This document shows, in pieces, positions 61,099-64,000 of a DNA stretch of 64,000 bases. A program made the position numbers and the translations under genes. The stretch is from a virus (taxonomy: Duplodnaviria > Caudoviricetes): the IMG/VR virus record IMGVR_UViG_3300033066_001283, positions 32,001-96,000 of that record, one strand, 5' to 3'. The notes under the pieces were generated by a model. That model was not told where the DNA came from, searched no databases, and worked only from the letters and a program-made list of their open reading frames with translations. Every line of letters begins with the position of its first letter. The first letter of the stretch is position 1.

Positions 61099-61661
61099 TT
61101 CTTTCTATAGTCAAATCTTTCCACATCATATCCCTTCACACCAGGTTTCAGTTGATCCCTTGGGAAAGGAATATTAGTAGTTGTACCCACACCTGTTTGT
61201 GGAGTATTCTCCTGTAACTTAAAAGCTTCGCTAATTGGTATTGCATATAGACTCTCAAATTGAAATTTACCTAGTGTAAGATACCTGCAATAATAAAATG
61301 GATCACAATTGTGCAGATGTTCTAAAGTCAATCCTGGAACTAAAGCCACTGCTACTGCTTCTAATGATCCAGTTTCACTTTGAATCCACTCTATTGCATC
61401 ATTATAGATAGAGCCTTCTGCATCAACTCCTGAGATTCGATAAATCTCTTTTAGAAGTTTCTGAACTACACCACAAAGTGCAGTTTCCCAATTCTCTTCA
61501 CCTTGAACACAAGTCTCAAGAATATAGTTCTCAGCTTCATAAGTACTAGCTTTTAGTCCTGCTCTTCTTAACTCTGCAGCTGTTAAACCCCTAAAGACAT
61601 AATCCTTAGGGGTTCGAAGCTTACTATCTAGAAGTACAATCTTATAGTACTTATATTCCAT
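61095..61661 (-). CDS. Putative tail assembly chaperone
   Basis: YVFRGLT..EL...ILETCV...GVVQKLLKEIYRISG domain; sits between the tube genes and the tape-measure-like gene. Confidence 0.55.
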   Translation of the reverse strand: MEYKYYKIVLLDSKLRTPKDYVFRGLTAAELRRAGLKASTYEAENYILETCVQGEENWETALCGVVQKLLKEIYRISGVDAEGSIYNDAIEWIQSETGSLEAVAVALVPGLTLEHLHNCDPFYYCRYLTLGKFQFESLYAIPISEAFKLQENTPQTGVGTTTNIPFPRDQLKPGVKGYDVERFDYRKK

Positions 61662-61663
61662 AG

Positions 61664-62341
61664 TTACAACTCTTCTACTTCTGAAGTGTCATCCCATCCA
61701 CTGATGTCCATTGCTCTCTTAGAGATTGTATCTACTAATCCTGCTGGAATGGAATCCCAATTTACTGGATTTGGCCACATAATAACTGATCTGGCAATTG
61801 CCATTTGGGGATCATTAGACTGTTCAGCTAATTTAAGATCAGTTCTGGTCATAGGTCTAATGGCAAATACCCATCTACCTACTCTTAATCTGAATAAAGC
61901 AAATGCACTCTTAGAAAGGTTCTCTTTCTCTTCAGCAGGAATATCTCCCCAATAATCAAAGTCTTTGAGTGTAATTGTACTATCATCAGGACCTAAAACT
62001 CTACCTAAGACATCAATATTAATAAAGCCTGACTTTTCCTGAATAGATTTAGAGATTTGGGGTATATCTCCTACTCTAAGCAGCATTTTCTCTTCTATAG
62101 TAAGCTTAGGCCATAGAACACAAGAGTCAAAGATCTTCTCATTAATCTGCTCAAGTGGCAAAGGCTTATCTTGCATTGTGGCCTCATCACTAAGCTCTTT
62201 AATAGAATTCATCAGTTCAATTGAGATAGGCCTAAATACAGCCTCATCTTTCTTGTTCTGTGAAACCCATTTAAAAAGCTGCAGCTCTGGGTATTCTTTC
62301 TTTAAATTTTCAATTACGTTTTCGGGTACTAGTCCTTTCAT
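61664..62341 (-). CDS. Putative tail assembly chaperone with an internally duplicated domain
   Basis: Two copies of RP...(C/S)V.WP...G....IS..I/A...SG(F/W); GGAG RBS upstream. Confidence 0.6.
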   Translation of the reverse strand: MKGLVPENVIENLKKEYPELQLFKWVSQNKKDEAVFRPISIELMNSIKELSDEATMQDKPLPLEQINEKIFDSCVLWPKLTIEEKMLLRVGDIPQISKSIQEKSGFINIDVLGRVLGPDDSTITLKDFDYWGDIPAEEKENLSKSAFALFRLRVGRWVFAIRPMTRTDLKLAEQSNDPQMAIARSVIMWPNPVNWDSIPAGLVDTISKRAMDISGWDDTSEVEEL

Positions 62342-62349
62342 TTATTCTC

Positions 62350-63186
62350 CTAGAATGGTGTAAATGTCTTGGCAAAATTATTTAAGTTAACTGTATTAGG
62401 ATTAGCAGTATTTCCTGTAATATCGCTAACCTTAAGTATCTGGATATTTCTAGCCATGAATGAGTAAGTCTCAGCAATAGCTCTTCCATCATCAGTAATA
62501 GATGTTCCACGGCTTTGGAAGTGAACTCCAATCAATTTAATTCCATTAGCAGTAGTAATACCATCTTTAAATCCAGTAGGATCTTCATCAACATTATTAT
62601 CTAAGTAATAGTTAGTCTCAGACTGCCAAACAATCTTTCTACCATTACTGAGTGGGGTACCAAAAACTACTTTAATTTCTAATTCTTGGCCAGGATTTTC
62701 AAACATTCCACGTGTATTGTAGACAGTAGCATCATCCACACTAGAATAGGTATTAAACTGATTAGCACTCTTCTTTGCCTTAAGTGCTTTAATTTCAGCT
62801 TGAGAAATAGCTCCACTAGAATCTGTAGAAATAGTAGATAGATCTAGGCTATATGGAGCAACATCATTTTGAGATGCGTAAGTAGAAAAGGAGGTTTGTA
62901 GTCCCTTACCAATATTACTGAGAAGAGAGAATATGAATCCTTCCCTTTTGAAGTTCAAGCTTAACTCTCCAGAGATTAATCTAGCTCCATGATAAATTCT
63001 ATTAGGTACATAACTTGCATAATTATAGTATGGCCTAAGCTGTTCTAGAATCTGATAATTTAATTGGAGTGCTTCATCTAAGAATATATCATTGATATAG
63101 ATATGGGCATCTAGACCACTCCAATAGGCAGTATCAAATTCATCCACCAGTTTCCAGTTTTCTTGTAAAGCTTCAGTTCTAATCAT
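62350..63186 (-). CDS. Tail tube-like protein
   Basis: YWSGLDAHIYI, PYYNYASY...GARLISGELSLNF and AIAETYSFMAR tube-fold pattern. Confidence 0.65.
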   Translation of the reverse strand: MIRTEALQENWKLVDEFDTAYWSGLDAHIYINDIFLDEALQLNYQILEQLRPYYNYASYVPNRIYHGARLISGELSLNFKREGFIFSLLSNIGKGLQTSFSTYASQNDVAPYSLDLSTISTDSSGAISQAEIKALKAKKSANQFNTYSSVDDATVYNTRGMFENPGQELEIKVVFGTPLSNGRKIVWQSETNYYLDNNVDEDPTGFKDGITTANGIKLIGVHFQSRGTSITDDGRAIAETYSFMARNIQILKVSDITGNTANPNTVNLNNFAKTFTPF

Positions 63187-64000
63187 TATGGGGGTGCCGT
63201 AGTTAGGAATTCAGTTGTAGAGTTATTAGTGCTAGTAGCTGTGGTTGCAGTAGTTGTAGTTGCTGCCGTGGTAGTTGCAGTAGTAGTTACTGTTGTTGTA
63301 GCAGCGGTTGTTGTAGCCGCAGTGGTGGTTGCAGCCGTAGTAGCGGTAGTTGTGGCTGTGGTAGTTGCTGTAGTCGTAGCGGTAGTAGTCGCGGTAGTAG
63401 TTGTAACGAAAGTAGTAGCAACAGTGGTAGTATTAACTTGCCTAATTGTTTCTAATCTCTGATCTACATCATTACCATTTACCGCATCAGTAAAGAAGTT
63501 ACCAAAGGCATCCTTCATCCCACTAAGAAGATTATACTGCTTCTTATATGTTTCACGCATCAGTGTGGTAATTTGTGATGCCATGAATGAGTACATATCT
63601 GTTAGCTGAATATCATTCACTGAGATGTTCTTAGAAGTATCAACAATCTTTACTGATTTGATCAGTATACTTCCTATCTCACTCTTTAATCCACTAAAGA
63701 AAACTACGCTAACATCAAATGGTGGAAGATTATCTGGGGTAATATATTCAGGTGCACCTAATCCAGCCCAAGATGCATAAGCTCTTATTACTTCTGCGAA
63801 TGGATTCTCATCTTGTACAACGAATCCCATAGATCCCGCTGGTAGATAGTGTCCTGTTGTATATCCTTTAATTCCCTTTCTACCTAAGCCTACAACAGGA
63901 TATGTTTCTCTATGTTCAGAGAGGCTTAAAATAGTTAGCCCTGGGAGCGAAACCATTGGAGGTTTTGTCCCAGAGCTAAAAGGCAACATTATTGTAACTG
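63186..64000 (-). CDS. Tail tube-like protein with Thr-rich C-terminal extension; 5' end probably beyond the window
   Basis: SEHRETYPVVGLG...GYTTG...AGS, DNLPPFDV, ISVND...YSFMA. The frame stays open to the window edge (VTIMLPF), so the ATG at 63989 is probably internal. Confidence 0.65.
   Translation of the reverse strand, partial: VTIMLPFSSGTKPPMVSLPGLTILSLSEHRETYPVVGLGRKGIKGYTTGHYLPAGSMGFVVQDENPFAEVIRAYASWAGLGAPEYITPDNLPPFDVSVVFFSGLKSEIGSILIKSVKIVDTSKNISVNDIQLTDMYSFMASQITTLMRETYKKQYNLLSGMKDAFGNFFTDAVNGNDVDQRLETIRQVNTTTVATTFVTTTTATTTATTTATTTATTTATTAATTTAATTTAATTTVTTTATTTAATTTTATTATSTNNSTTEFLTTAPP
63189..63431 (-). repeat. Low-complexity coding repeat (TTTA/TTTAA)n, mucin-like
   Basis: 50 of the last 81 residues are Thr, encoded by mixed ACT/ACC/ACA/ACG codons. 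Confidence 0.9.

Noticed and set aside
63189-63431. Thr tract as an assembly artefact or microsatellite
   Set aside because: Codon third positions vary throughout, so it is not a perfect DNA repeat, and the frame ends in a normal TAATG junction.
424-63462. All plus-strand ORFs in the track (for example 424-771, 24995-25294, 51704-52021, 63229-63462)
   Set aside because: They are short antisense shadows lying within well-supported minus-strand genes. The Val/Ala ORF at 63229 is just the reverse reading of the Thr repeat.
1-64000. Stop-codon reassignment, as in some large phages
   Set aside because: Genes tile the window in the standard code, and TAA, TGA and TAG all end genes at sensible boundaries.
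29491-64000. Bacterial extracellular contractile injection system or tailocin instead of a phage
   Set aside because: The RuvC-like resolvase, sigma-like gene, split groES/groEL, many inteins and single-strand dense packing with no housekeeping context fit a large phage better. It is not formally excluded, because capsid and terminase genes were not seen in the window.
1-64000. tRNA, rRNA, self-splicing introns or other structured RNA genes
   Set aside because: Intergenic gaps are nearly all under about 60 nt, no cloverleaf was seen, and all five inserts are in-frame with protein-splicing motifs, so they are inteins rather than introns.

Overview
This window is an AT-rich, very gene-dense segment of what is most likely a large tailed phage with a contractile-type tail. 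Every credible gene is on the minus strand in the standard code, and most are joined by TAATG or ATGA stop/start overlaps. In transcription order (64000 toward 1) it holds: two tail-tube-like genes, one with an 81-aa Thr-rich tail; two tail-assembly-chaperone-like genes; a 3178-aa tape-measure-position protein with three LAGLIDADG inteins and a PD-(D/E)XK nuclease domain; a metallophosphoesterase and small ORFs; a 1473-aa protein with a DEDDh exonuclease domain; a 2710-aa baseplate-hub-like protein; GH108-like and CHAP cell-wall hydrolases; spike-, gp25- and baseplate-J-like genes; an intein-containing glycosyltransferase with a SEC-C motif; a RuvC-like resolvase; and a GroEL split in its ATP-binding GDG-T motif by a Pro1 class-3-type intein. 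After these come a lectin/depolymerase fibre cassette, a block of paralogous structural genes, a sigma-factor-like gene and a groES cut by the window edge (missing from the ORF track). The strongest novelty candidates are the intein-interrupted chaperonin, the giant tail-module proteins carrying nuclease domains, and a possible virion O-glycosylation system. All calls come from motifs read by eye; no searches were run. No capsid, terminase or sheath gene was recognised in the window.
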